64,000 nt of DNA from a virus. Position numbers and translations under genes: made by a program. The stretch covers positions 1 through 64,000 of the IMG/VR virus record IMGVR_UViG_3300045988_037736; one strand, given 5' to 3'. This document shows, in pieces, positions 10,070 through 20,092 of this stretch (position 1 is its first letter; each line of letters opens with the position of its first letter). The notes beneath the pieces are model-generated. The model was given only the letters and a program-made list of their open reading frames with translations, did no database searches and had not been told where the DNA came from.

Positions 10070-10809
10070 CAGCAGAGGAATACTTTGGAAGATGGATGAG
10101 AGTCATTGATATGAATGAGATGGCAAAGGTTCTCAATACACTCAGGAGTGTAAATCCTGACAGGTTATGCCCTGAATACCCAAATATATTCAAGGCATTT
10201 GAACTGTGCAGGTATGATGACTGTAAGGTAGTCTTCCTAGGTCAAGACCCCTATCCTCAGAAAGGTGTTGCTACAGGTATATTGTTTGGTAATAAACTTG
10301 GAACAAAGGAGCTTTCTCCTTCACTTGAAATTATCAAGGAGGGTTGTGTAAATTATGAGATACCTCATGGCCCTATAGAGTTTGATATAACTCTTGAATC
10401 ATGGGCTAAGCAGGGTATTCTTATGATAAATTCAGCTCTAACTTGTGAGGTAGGAAAGGTAAACTCTCATGTTAACTTATGGAGGCCCTTCATCTCTAAA
10501 CTGCTAAAGAACCTTTCAGAGCATGAGACAGGAATAATTTATGTTCTGTTTGGTTCTCAAGCAAAGACTTTCAAACCTTATATCAATAAGAACTATAATG
10601 ACATAATTGAAGTAGAGCATCCTGCATACTTTGCAAGGACTGGTCAGATTATGCCATACAGTGTCTTTACTGATATAAATAAACTCTTAAAAGGTAAATA
10701 TGGTACTACTATTGAGTGGTATCATGAATTAAATAACATAAATACAAACGACAATGAAAGAAAAGAAACAACTGATGGTGATGACTTCTTTTGGCCCTGT
10801 TCCCTTTGA
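10066..10809 (+). CDS. ung: uracil-DNA glycosylase (family 1 UNG-like)
   Basis: 'VVFLGQDPYPQKGVATGILFG' matches the UNG water-activating motif GQDPYH. It sits in the replication module. Confidence 0.65.
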   Translation: MTAEEYFGRWMRVIDMNEMAKVLNTLRSVNPDRLCPEYPNIFKAFELCRYDDCKVVFLGQDPYPQKGVATGILFGNKLGTKELSPSLEIIKEGCVNYEIPHGPIEFDITLESWAKQGILMINSALTCEVGKVNSHVNLWRPFISKLLKNLSEHETGIIYVLFGSQAKTFKPYINKNYNDIIEVEHPAYFARTGQIMPYSVFTDINKLLKGKYGTTIEWYHELNNINTNDNERKETTDGDDFFWPCSL

Positions 10810-11248
10810 TGCAGTAAGGGAGCACCTTCCCAAAGAGATTGTTGAAGTGATTGACTCAACTAAGGATGAGATTCTTACAGCCATAGAGAGTGCTGTCCCT
10901 GTGTGTGTGGATTACTACATTGCAAGTCTCGCACAGAAAGCAGGGTGGAAACCTGAAAAGATGGCAGGCTACCTCACCAATCTCTACAACATCAATCCTG
11001 CTCTTGCATTCTCTATGCTCCTCAGAGAGGTGGCCATTGAGCTTGACAAGAAGTATGAGGACCACATCAACAACTGTAAGGAACTCTACATTATTTCTTT
11101 AATGGATGGCAGGATTCACAAGGTGCCCAGAGCTTATATCAAGAACTTCAGGAACTTTGCAGCTTTCAGAACTGAGGAAGATGCAAAGACTGCCTGTAGG
11201 ATTCTCAGAAGTGAACTTAAGGAGATGTTCAAAAGTGGCAGAAAATAA
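10754..11248 (+). CDS. hypothetical protein
   Basis: 164-aa ORF. Confidence 0.4.
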   Translation: MKEKKQLMVMTSFGPVPFDAVREHLPKEIVEVIDSTKDEILTAIESAVPVCVDYYIASLAQKAGWKPEKMAGYLTNLYNINPALAFSMLLREVAIELDKKYEDHINNCKELYIISLMDGRIHKVPRAYIKNFRNFAAFRTEEDAKTACRILRSELKEMFKSGRK

Positions 11249-11711
11249 GAAGATTAGAAATGCTAGAGAGTCAGTCTTCAATGGTATAACTTTCAAGTCC
11301 AAACTAGAGGAAAACTTCTACAAAACACTTGTGTCAGCAGGTCTGGCACCTGACTATGAACTTGCTAAGTTTGTACTGGTCGAGGGATTTAAGCCCACAG
11401 TACCATTCTACAACAGAAGTAAGTCAAAGGTGTTCAAGATGGATATGAATAAAGTCAGGGATATTACCTATACCCCTGACTTTACCATTCTCTATAATGG
11501 TACTTTATTCATCATAGAAGCAAAGGGTATAGAGAATGATACCTTCCCTCTTAAGAAGAAGCTCTTCAGAAGGTTCCTTGAATCTATGGAGATGCCCTGT
11601 GTGTACTTTGAAGTTCATACCAAGAGAGAGCTACTTGAAGTAATAAACATAATCAAATCTTATGGAACAGCCACTGGACAAAATCAGAAGACTCTCAAAG
11701 AGTTTACCTGA
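11187..11711 (+). CDS. PD-(D/E)xK-type nuclease-like protein
   Basis: 'TPDFTILYNGTLFIIEAKG' fits the D...(E)xK catalytic core. The ORF track starts at 11106 inside the upstream gene, so a downstream start near 11187 is more likely. Confidence 0.4.
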   Translation, partial: RLPVGFSEVNLRRCSKVAENKKIRNARESVFNGITFKSKLEENFYKTLVSAGLAPDYELAKFVLVEGFKPTVPFYNRSKSKVFKMDMNKVRDITYTPDFTILYNGTLFIIEAKGIENDTFPLKKKLFRRFLESMEMPCVYFEVHTKRELLEVINIIKSYGTATGQNQKTLKEFT

Positions 11712-11949
11712 AAGGGACATCAAATTTGCTGAGAAATATATTGCAAGCCGAGAGTTTGACAAGTTGCTTGAGATAGTTGAATCAGATATATACATGGTTC
11801 AGCAGAATGAGCTTCTTGAACATCCTAAAGAGAAGTTTGCTAATATTAATCTTGAAGAATTGCTGGAACTTAGAGGAGCTATAGATGAGTATATGTCATT
11901 CCTTGAAGTGCCTGACAATTCTGATGATGACAGCTGGATGTATGATTAA
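11662..11949 (+). CDS. hypothetical small acidic protein
   Basis: 95-aa ORF. Confidence 0.3.
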   Translation: MEQPLDKIRRLSKSLPERDIKFAEKYIASREFDKLLEIVESDIYMVQQNELLEHPKEKFANINLEELLELRGAIDEYMSFLEVPDNSDDDSWMYD

Positions 11950-12973
11950 ATCATTGAAAGAAATAAGCTGGGATGTTCCAGAGGATGTATATAGAGCAGA
12001 CCCTGCAATATCCTACTCTACCTTGTCAAAGTTTAAGAGAACAGGTTTCAATGAACTTGAACATCTTTTTGACAGGATTGATACTCCTTCTCTTACCTTC
12101 GGTTCTGCTGTAGATAGCATTATTACAGGTGGAGAAGAGGAGTTTGAGAGCAGGTTCATGGTAGCAGAGTTTCCTCCTGTTCCTGACTCTATTATCACTA
12201 TAGTAAAGTGCTTATTTGAGAACTATCACCATAATTATAGGATACTTGAAAACATCCCTGACAAGGAGGTTATAGAGGCAGCTTCTCAGTTCAACTATCA
12301 GAACAACTGGAAGCCAGAGACAAGAGCTAAAGTGATTAAGGAGAAAGGTTCTGCTTATTACAGACTACTGTACTTGAGCAAAGACAAGACTATTATTGAT
12401 ACTACCACTAACTTTGATATAAGAAGAACAGTGGGGGCACTCAAGAACAGTCCTGGTACTGGATGGTACTTTGCTCCTAAAAATCCCTTTGAGAACATTG
12501 AAAGGCTCTATCAGCTTAAGTTCAAAGCCACTCTTAATGGCATTGAATATAGGTGCATGGCAGACCTTCTGATAGTAGACTATGATAGGAAAGTGATTAT
12601 CCCTGTTGATTTGAAAACAAGTGGAAAGCCTGAATGGGACTTCTACAAATCATTTGTAGATTGGAGGTATGATATTCAAGCAAGGCTCTATTGGAGAATC
12701 ATTAGATATAACCTTGATAGAGACCCTTATTTTAAGGATTTTCAATTATGTGATTACAGGTTCATTGTAGCTAACAGGAGAACCCTCACCCCATTGATTT
12801 GGAATTGTGAATTTACCCAACAGAAGGGAACAATTTCATTTAATGATATAGTATTTGAAGACCCTGAAGATATAGGGAGAGAACTTCACACCTATCTTAC
12901 ATTAAGTTTATCAGTTCCCATAGGCATAAAGCTAGAGAAATGTAATTCATTAACTGAATGGTTAAGTAAATGA
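11941..12973 (+). CDS. PD-(D/E)xK nuclease (RecB/Cas4-like phage exonuclease family)
   Basis: 'CMADLLIVDYDRKVIIPVDLKTSGKP' carries the D-x(n)-D-L-K motif. The likely start is ATG ~11941, since the track start at 11885 overlaps the upstream ORF. Confidence 0.45.
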
Positions 12974-15135
12974 AAGTTACAAAAAGAGACGGTTCAATAG
13001 AGGATTTTGACATTGGCAAGATTGAAAAAGCTGTAAAAGCAGCCTATGCCAGTCAAGGTCAGGAAGTATCAGAAGGTATCTTAGCTGAACTGAACTATGT
13101 ATTTACACGGGATTACAAAGATGTAACTCTCAGTGTGGAACATATACAGGATGAAGTTGAGAAGATTCTGTTTGATTTGGCTCCTTATAAAGTTGCAAGG
13201 GCATATGTAACTTATAGAGAGCACCATAAACAGGCAAGATTCATAAGGGAAAGGCTGGATTATATGGAGAGGTATAGTTCTTCTTCTGATAATGCAGCCA
13301 CTTCCTCTGAGACAGATGCAAATGCAAATGTCACAATGAAGAATGTTGCCAACCTTGAGGGTGAGGTCTATAAGACCACCAATAGAACTATTCAAAGGCA
13401 AAGGATGAAGGACAAGCTCAATGAGATGTTCCCTGAACTTGCCAAGAGATATGAGGAAGACCTAAACCATCACATCATATATACCCACGATGAGGCATCT
13501 ACTCCAGTACTCAAGCAGTATTGCATGGCAGTGAGTCTCTATCCCCTTATGCTTGAGGGTGTTGGCAATATTGATGGGGTAACTCCAGGCCCTCCTAATG
13601 ATATACAGTCCTTTAGTGGGCAGATTACCAACCTTATCTTCCTCCTTTCTTCACAGTGTAAAGGTGCAGTAGCAGTAGGTGAATACTTTATTGCTCTCAA
13701 CTACTATATTGTGAAGGAATTTGGTCCTATGTGGTATGAGAAGCTTGATGAAATTGCCACATCAGACTTCTGTGTACAGAAAAGAACAATCAGAGACTCT
13801 ATACTTAAAGCTTTCAAGCAGTTTGTATGGGGTATCAATCAACCTGCTGGTAATAGGAGCTATCAGTCTCCCTTTACTAATATCTCCTATTATGACCATA
13901 CCTACTTTGAGTCACTCTTTGGAGAGTTTGCATATCCTGATGGTTCAAGACCTGAATGGAAGGCAATAGATACTCTCCAAAGAATGTTCATGAAGTGGTT
14001 TAACCAACTTAGATTGAAGCAGGTGCTTACATTCCCTGTTGAAACTATGGCTATGGTTCATGATGGCAAAGACATTATTGACAAGGAGTATAAACAGCTC
14101 ACTGCCGAAATGTATGCAGAAGGACACAGTTTCTTCACCTATATATCAGATAGTGCTGACAGTCTTGCCTCTTGTTGTAGGTTGAAGAATGAACTCACTG
14201 AGAATACCTTCAGTCCTACCTCTGGCCTTACTGGTGTTATGACAGGTAGTTGTAATGTAATTACCTTGAATATCAACAGAATTGTACAAGATTGTGTAAG
14301 AATAAACAATCTAAGTAGAGGCGAATGGTGGGATGGAGATAAGATATTGCTCAAGAATTACCTCGTAAACATTCTGGAAAGGGTTTATAAGTATCATATT
14401 GCATTCAAAACAATGCTTTATGAAACTGAAGACAAAGGTATGTTTGCAGCAAGCAATGGTGGATATATTCACATAAGCAAGCTGTATAGCACCATTGGTA
14501 TCAATGGTCTGAATGAAGCTGCAAGGTTCTTAGGTCTTGATGTAAGCAACAATGAGAAATACTTTGAGTTTCTCCAGCTTATTCTTGAGACCATCAAGGA
14601 ACAGAACAAACTTCATTCAATCCATGACAAGAAGAGACCTTTCCTGTTCAATTCAGAGGTAGTTCCTGCTGAAGGACTTGGTGGCAAGAACTATAATTGG
14701 GACAAAGAGGATGGCTATTGGGTTCCTGAAGACGAGAATCTATATAATAGTTACTTCTATAATGCCCATGACGATACATCAGTACTTGACAAGTTTATTC
14801 TTCATGGAAGAAAGACTTATCAATATACTGATGGTGGTTCTGCTGCACATATCAATCTTGCAGAGCATCTTAGCAAGGAACAATATCTTAAGCTGATAGA
14901 TTTTGCAATAGCACAGGGTACTAACTATTTTACCTTCAATATTCCTAACAGCAAGTGTAACAAGTGTGGGCACATTACCAAATCAATTATGAAAGTGTGT
15001 CCTAAATGTGGAGGAACTCATATCACTTATTACACAAGAGTAATAGGTTATCTTAGGCCAATCGACAAGTTTGGAGAAGATAGGCAGATTGAGGCAAAGA
15101 AAAGATACTATAAGAGTGATGTTGAAATATGTTGA
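12970..15135 (+). CDS. nrdD: anaerobic ribonucleoside-triphosphate reductase NrdD (class III)
   Basis: N-terminal ATP-cone 'VTKRDGSIEDFDIGKIEKAV'. C-terminal Zn-ribbon 'CNKCGH...CPKCGG'. Glycyl-radical motif 'RVIGYLRP'. Confidence 0.85.
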   Translation: MKVTKRDGSIEDFDIGKIEKAVKAAYASQGQEVSEGILAELNYVFTRDYKDVTLSVEHIQDEVEKILFDLAPYKVARAYVTYREHHKQARFIRERLDYMERYSSSSDNAATSSETDANANVTMKNVANLEGEVYKTTNRTIQRQRMKDKLNEMFPELAKRYEEDLNHHIIYTHDEASTPVLKQYCMAVSLYPLMLEGVGNIDGVTPGPPNDIQSFSGQITNLIFLLSSQCKGAVAVGEYFIALNYYIVKEFGPMWYEKLDEIATSDFCVQKRTIRDSILKAFKQFVWGINQPAGNRSYQSPFTNISYYDHTYFESLFGEFAYPDGSRPEWKAIDTLQRMFMKWFNQLRLKQVLTFPVETMAMVHDGKDIIDKEYKQLTAEMYAEGHSFFTYISDSADSLASCCRLKNELTENTFSPTSGLTGVMTGSCNVITLNINRIVQDCVRINNLSRGEWWDGDKILLKNYLVNILERVYKYHIAFKTMLYETEDKGMFAASNGGYIHISKLYSTIGINGLNEAARFLGLDVSNNEKYFEFLQLILETIKEQNKLHSIHDKKRPFLFNSEVVPAEGLGGKNYNWDKEDGYWVPEDENLYNSYFYNAHDDTSVLDKFILHGRKTYQYTDGGSAAHINLAEHLSKEQYLKLIDFAIAQGTNYFTFNIPNSKCNKCGHITKSIMKVCPKCGGTHITYYTRVIGYLRPIDKFGEDRQIEAKKRYYKSDVEIC

Positions 15136-15607
15136 TGCTCAAGTAGTCTTTGCAGAGGTTCCAGATGAGATAACTTTAGCAATAAGTATAAGTGGCTGCC
15201 CTTGTCATTGCAAGGGTTGCCACTCATCTTATCTTGCCGAGGACATAGGTGAGGAGCTAACCCCAGAAGCTATAGACAGGTTGATATACAACAACAGTGG
15301 CATAACATGTATAGCTTTAATGGGTGGAGATGCTGAACCCATAGTAGTAAGTTATTTGGCAGGGTGCATAAAAGGAGAGCATCCTGAGATAAAAGTAGCT
15401 TGGTACAGTGGGAGACAGGAGATAAGTGACAGGATAGACCTATGGTACTTTGACTATATCAAGGTTGGACCTTATGAGGAGGACAAAGGACCTCTTGATA
15501 AGAGAACAACCAATCAAAGGTTCTATAAGGTAGTTCATACTACAACAGGTAAAAGTAAGTTGTATGACATAACAAGTAGATTTTGGAAACATGAAGCAGA
15601 AGATTAA
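15119..15607 (+). CDS. nrdG: anaerobic RNR activating enzyme NrdG (radical SAM)
   Basis: The radical-SAM cluster 'CPCHCKGC' (CxxxCxxC) is near the N-terminus. The gene is immediately downstream of nrdD, with the ATG at 15119 overlapping the nrdD end. Confidence 0.7.
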   Translation: MLKYVDAQVVFAEVPDEITLAISISGCPCHCKGCHSSYLAEDIGEELTPEAIDRLIYNNSGITCIALMGGDAEPIVVSYLAGCIKGEHPEIKVAWYSGRQEISDRIDLWYFDYIKVGPYEEDKGPLDKRTTNQRFYKVVHTTTGKSKLYDITSRFWKHEAED

Positions 15608-16130
15608 AGTAAAAAGAATAAATAAGAATATTCCTCTCCCCGAAGTGATAGAAAAGGGAGATTGGGTTGACCTTAGAGCTGCTGAAACTGTACATCTCAA
15701 TGCTCCTCAAGCAGGAACATTAAAGAGGCATACAGTTGATGGAGTAGAAGTGTCACATAGAGATGTTACATTTGACTCCAAGCTTATTGGTCTTGGTGTT
15801 GCTATGCAACTCCCCAAAGGACTTGAAGCAGTAGCTCTTTCTAGAAGTAGCTCCTTCAAGAACTTTGGAGTAATTCTTGCCAATAGTGAGGGAGTAATTG
15901 ACCAGCCTTACTGTGGTGATAATGATGAGTGGAGATTTAATGCTATAGCATTGAGGGACACTACAATCAATGAAGGTGACAGAATCTGTCAGTTCAGAGT
16001 CCAGCTTAGTCAGAAGGCTACTATGTGGCAGAAGATTAAGTGGCTCCTCAGTTCTGGTATAGAGGTTGTTGAGGTTGATGAACTTGACAATCCTGACAGA
16101 GAGGGAATTGGTAGCACTGGCACTAGGTAA
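15591..16130 (+). CDS. dut: dUTP diphosphatase
   Basis: dUTPase motifs are present: 'DWVDLRAAE' (motif 1), 'GVIDQPYCGD' (motif 3) and 'REGIGSTG' (motif 5). Confidence 0.7.
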   Translation: MKQKIKVKRINKNIPLPEVIEKGDWVDLRAAETVHLNAPQAGTLKRHTVDGVEVSHRDVTFDSKLIGLGVAMQLPKGLEAVALSRSSSFKNFGVILANSEGVIDQPYCGDNDEWRFNAIALRDTTINEGDRICQFRVQLSQKATMWQKIKWLLSSGIEVVEVDELDNPDREGIGSTGTR

Positions 16131-16156
16131 GAACAAAAAAAAAACAATATGAAAGC

Positions 16157-16648
16157 ATGATTTTAGAAACTGGAATAGTACTTCTTGCAGTGGTGGCAGT
16201 AGGACTTACTGTCAACCACTTCGAGAGTAAGATTAACAAGGAAAAAGCTAAAATCTCTATCAAGGAGTCTATGGACTTGGCTCAAGTACCTGTAGTTACA
16301 TTCCTTGAAGGAGATACAAAGCTGAACTTCCTTCTTGACAGTGGTGGTTCCCATTCACATATCAGTAAGAGTGCTGCAAAGATGCTGATAGGAACACCTA
16401 TTGATACAGATTATACCTATACTACCTCAATAGGTTCTGACTCTACCAGCAAGATGATTGAATCAATTCTTAAATATAAGAATGAAGAGTTCAAGGTCAA
16501 TCTGTTTGTCAATGAAGGACTTGATACTTCCTTTGAGGAGGTTAAGAAAGAATGTGGTGTACAGTTGCATGGCATTCTTGGTGCTGATTTCCTCAAAGAG
16601 CACAAGTATGTACTTGATTTTGCAGAACTTGTAGCATATCACAAATGA
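16157..16648 (+). CDS. membrane-anchored retropepsin-like aspartic protease (putative)
   Basis: The N-terminus has a TM helix 'ILETGIVLLAVVAVGLTV'. 'FLLDSGGSHSHIS' resembles the clan AA D(S/T)G(A/S) active-site loop. Confidence 0.35.
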   Translation: MILETGIVLLAVVAVGLTVNHFESKINKEKAKISIKESMDLAQVPVVTFLEGDTKLNFLLDSGGSHSHISKSAAKMLIGTPIDTDYTYTTSIGSDSTSKMIESILKYKNEEFKVNLFVNEGLDTSFEEVKKECGVQLHGILGADFLKEHKYVLDFAELVAYHK

Positions 16649-16797
16649 AAGAATACATAAAACTTCAATCAAGATATAGAGAAGATGAAAACTATTCTGG
16701 TGGTTCCTTTATACAGAAAGGAACTGAAATTAATGGCAACATAGTCAAGTCTATATCAAGAGGAGAAGAGGGAGTTATTATTGAATTTGAGCAATGA
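16645..16797 (+). CDS. small hypothetical protein (50 aa)
   Basis: An ATG at 16645 overlaps the upstream TGA, and the stop overlaps the polA ATG (ATGA). It is below the ORF-track size cut-off. Confidence 0.25.
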   Translation: MKEYIKLQSRYREDENYSGGSFIQKGTEINGNIVKSISRGEEGVIIEFEQ

Positions 16798-19115
16798 TTT
16801 ATCTTGTTACCAATGCAATTCTCCCTGGAATTGAATCTCCTTATTACAAAATAGTAAGTGTAGAAGAGTCTTTAGCTCTGCTTGAACCCTTGAGAGTTGT
16901 GGGACTTGATACTGAGACTATGGGATTTGACCCTTATACAAAGGAGCTTCTTATGGTTCAGTTGGGGTGCTATGAGTTTCAAGTGGTAATAGATTGCACT
17001 ACAGTTAACATACAACAATATAAAGCCTATCTTGAATCAGACAGGCTCTTTATAGGATGGAATATCAAGTTTGACTTGAAGTTCCTATATCATAAAAGGA
17101 TAGTACCTAAGAGAGTCTATGATGGTTTCTTGGCTGAGAAACTTATGTGGCTTGGCTATCCTGCTGGCATTCATGGTATGTCTTTGAAGGCAGCAGGTGA
17201 GAACTATCTTGGAGTTGAACTTGACAAGACTGTTCGAGGGAAGATTATGTGGGCTGGTCTTTCAGATGAAGTCATTGTGTATGGTGCCAATGATGTGAAA
17301 TATCTGGAGAAGATTATGGAGGCCCAACAGCCTGAACTTGAAAGAAGAGGTCTTGTCAATGCTCTTGTCTATGAAAATATGTCAGTACTTTGGCTGGCAT
17401 ACACAGAATATTGTGGAGTTCTTCTTGATGTTCAGAGATGGCAGGAGAAGATGGAACTTGATAGCTTCTCTGAAAGAGTATTCAAGAAAGGTCTTAATGA
17501 CTGGGTTGTTGCTTGTGTAAAAGGGAGAAACTTTGCTTATCACTATCTACAGACTGATGGTGTTGATGAAGAGGATTTAGAGAAGGCCAGAGCCAGTATG
17601 AAGGGTGAAAGATGCCCTGAAATGGACATCAAAGGAGAAAAGAGAGGCTATTGTGAAGCTTATAGAGTGGTAGTTGAAGGTAATATAGACCCCAAGTTTG
17701 TAGGACCTGATATACCAGCAAATCTCTTTGAAGGACCAAGAGAGGGAGAATGTACCATAAATTGGGATAGTCCCAAGCAGGTAGTTCCCCTTCTCCTATC
17801 ACTAGGATTTGACCTGCTGGTTCAAGATGATGAGACGGGTGAAATGAAACATAGTACTGAGTCTAAAGTCATAGAACCTCAACAGGATAAGTCAACTTTA
17901 GCTTATCTTTATCTTCAATATAAGGCTGCTAAGAAAGTAACCTCTACTTATGGACAGAATGTTCTCAATCAGATAAATGAAAGGAGCAGGAGAATCCATA
18001 CCAACTTCAATCAGTTAGGCACAGATACAGGTAGATTAAGTTCAGGAGGCAAGGACAAGGCTAATGGTCTTGAATATCTTAACTTTCAGAACTTTCCTGC
18101 TGACCCTGTGACTAGAGCCTGCTTCATATCTGGACCAGGTATGAAGTGGATTAGTTGTGACTATAGTGGGCAGGAAAGTAGGATTATAGCTGACATAACC
18201 AATGATATGGCATTACTAGACCTGTTTAATCATGGTTGTGGTGATGTCCATTCATTGGTAGCCAAGATGTCCTATCCTGACATTATAGGTGACTGTCCTG
18301 TAGAAGAAGTAAAGAAGAGATTCAAACATTGGAGAAGTGAAGCCAAAGGTGTTGAATTTGCCATAAACTATGGTGGTGATGCCAACACTATCAAGAATAA
18401 CAAAGGTATACCTATAGAGGAAGCTCAGAAGATATATGATAGTTATATGAAGGGTTTTAAGGGTATGAAGACATATCAGGATAGACAGAGAAAGTTTGTC
18501 ATGGAACATGGTTTCATAATTCTTAATTCTATAAGTCATCATAAGGCTTATATTTATGACTATGATTTACTTATGAGAACTAAAGCTAGGTTCACAAGAG
18601 AGTTCTGGGATGTTTACAAGAAACACAAAGGACATGACAATAGGAAAATTCCTAAGGCTGTCCTTCAACAGTTATATCAGAGGTTTGCTAATGGTGAACC
18701 TTTTGAATCTATGGCTGGTGTTTATACCTATACCAAGAAGAAGGGCAAGATGGAAGAGACAAAGGAGGTTACTGTAACTATCTCTGATGTCTATGTCCAT
18801 CCTGTAAGACACTACTTCAAGAGGAAGGCTGCTTCTGAGAAGCAAGCTATCAACTATCCCTGTCAAGGTACAGGTGCTGTAATGTTCAAGACTGCATCAG
18901 TATTCCTATGGGAGTATCTTGTAGAACATGACCTCCTCTTTAAGGTTAAACTCTGTATACCTGCACATGATGAATGGAACATAGAAGTTCCTGAAGAAAT
19001 GGCAGAGGAAATGACAAAGGTCTTAAAGGATTGTATGAGTAAAGCTGGCTCTTATTTCTGTAGGAAGTTGGAGTTGCCTGCTGATGCAGAGCTTTGTGAC
19101 CACTGGGTACATTAA
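16794..19115 (+). CDS. polA: DNA polymerase, family A, with 3'-5' exonuclease domain
   Basis: Exo I 'VGLDTETMG'. Motif A 'DYSGQESRIIA'. Motif B 'RSEAKGVEFAINYGG'. Motif C 'PAHDEW'. Confidence 0.85.
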   Translation: MIYLVTNAILPGIESPYYKIVSVEESLALLEPLRVVGLDTETMGFDPYTKELLMVQLGCYEFQVVIDCTTVNIQQYKAYLESDRLFIGWNIKFDLKFLYHKRIVPKRVYDGFLAEKLMWLGYPAGIHGMSLKAAGENYLGVELDKTVRGKIMWAGLSDEVIVYGANDVKYLEKIMEAQQPELERRGLVNALVYENMSVLWLAYTEYCGVLLDVQRWQEKMELDSFSERVFKKGLNDWVVACVKGRNFAYHYLQTDGVDEEDLEKARASMKGERCPEMDIKGEKRGYCEAYRVVVEGNIDPKFVGPDIPANLFEGPREGECTINWDSPKQVVPLLLSLGFDLLVQDDETGEMKHSTESKVIEPQQDKSTLAYLYLQYKAAKKVTSTYGQNVLNQINERSRRIHTNFNQLGTDTGRLSSGGKDKANGLEYLNFQNFPADPVTRACFISGPGMKWISCDYSGQESRIIADITNDMALLDLFNHGCGDVHSLVAKMSYPDIIGDCPVEEVKKRFKHWRSEAKGVEFAINYGGDANTIKNNKGIPIEEAQKIYDSYMKGFKGMKTYQDRQRKFVMEHGFIILNSISHHKAYIYDYDLLMRTKARFTREFWDVYKKHKGHDNRKIPKAVLQQLYQRFANGEPFESMAGVYTYTKKKGKMEETKEVTVTISDVYVHPVRHYFKRKAASEKQAINYPCQGTGAVMFKTASVFLWEYLVEHDLLFKVKLCIPAHDEWNIEVPEEMAEEMTKVLKDCMSKAGSYFCRKLELPADAELCDHWVH

Positions 19116-19160
19116 ACTGGTAAGGGACTTAAGTGTCCCTTACCTTTACTTTCAATAACT

Positions 19161-19352
19161 ATGGTAGGAAATTTTTACATATATCCAAAGAATGGACATA
19201 CTTATAGGGTCTTACAGGAAGTAAAGATGAAAGACCCTACTACAGGAGAATGGATTCCAGCAGTTATCTATACTGATGGAGACTCTGCTTACTGTAGAGC
19301 AAAAGAAGATTTTATAAACAAATTCAAACTGAACAACAATGAGCAAGTTTAG
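19161..19352 (+). CDS. hypothetical small protein
   Basis: 63-aa ORF that terminates with TAG (19350-19352). Confidence 0.3.
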   Translation: MVGNFYIYPKNGHTYRVLQEVKMKDPTTGEWIPAVIYTDGDSAYCRAKEDFINKFKLNNNEQV

Positions 19353-19767
19353 ATGCACCAAGGATTTTTACTATGAGGATGTACTTATAGCAGCCAAGGG
19401 TGACATAGTTGAAATATCTAATAATAGTCTTGTAAATGCTTCAAGGGATACAACATGTACAAAGTGGGGTAACATACGGGACCATATCACTACAAACTCC
19501 TTTGTAGAAGTTAAAGAGACTAAAGCAGATATGGTCAATCATCCTAATCACTATACATGGCTTAAAGGCAAATGTGGAATTGAAGTCATAGACATTACAA
19601 GATGGCTTGACTTTGACACAGGCAATGCTGTCAAGTATCTGCTCAGAGCAGGACACAAGTCAGAAGAGGGAATAACAGATAGAGAGAAAACCATTCAGGA
19701 CTTGAAGAAGGCTGTCTGGTACATAAATGATAAAATAAAGCAACTAGAAGATGGGAATCAACATTAG
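19339..19767 (+). CDS. hypothetical protein
   Basis: 142-aa ORF that terminates with TAG (19765-19767). 'GNAVKYLLRAGHK' resembles a conserved phage-domain signature, but the family is not confidently recognised. Confidence 0.35.
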   Translation: MSKFRCTKDFYYEDVLIAAKGDIVEISNNSLVNASRDTTCTKWGNIRDHITTNSFVEVKETKADMVNHPNHYTWLKGKCGIEVIDITRWLDFDTGNAVKYLLRAGHKSEEGITDREKTIQDLKKAVWYINDKIKQLEDGNQH

Positions 19768-19924
19768 TGCTAACACCAAAGCCAAGGCATCTCTCAGGCT
19801 GTACAATCATATAGCATCCTATATGTTTGAACAGGAATATGGTGAGATGCAAGGCAATTCAAGAGTTAAACAAGTTCTTGATGAAGCTAAGAAGACTTTG
19901 GCTGAAATAATCGAGAAGAAGTAA

Positions 19925-20092
19925 ATGGCACAGTATATAATGTGTGAAAAATGCAAGAAAGTAGTAGAGTATAAGCCCGAAACAAGGTATGAAGGAGGTA
20001 TCTCTACCACTATCTTTAAGTGTCCTGAATGTGGACATGTGAAAGAAAGCAGTGTTAACCATATTCATTATGGAAATGATGGAAAGAAATAG
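19925..20092 (+). CDS. small Zn-ribbon protein (55 aa)
   Basis: The two Cys pairs are 'CEKC' and 'CPEC'. It ends with TAG and is below the ORF-track cut-off. Confidence 0.3.
   Translation: MAQYIMCEKCKKVVEYKPETRYEGGISTTIFKCPECGHVKESSVNHIHYGNDGKK

Noticed and set aside
13318-13333. 'gcaaatgcaaatg' short tandem repeat in nrdD.
   Set aside because: It is only two copies of a 6-mer encoding 'ANAN' in frame and is too short to be meaningful.
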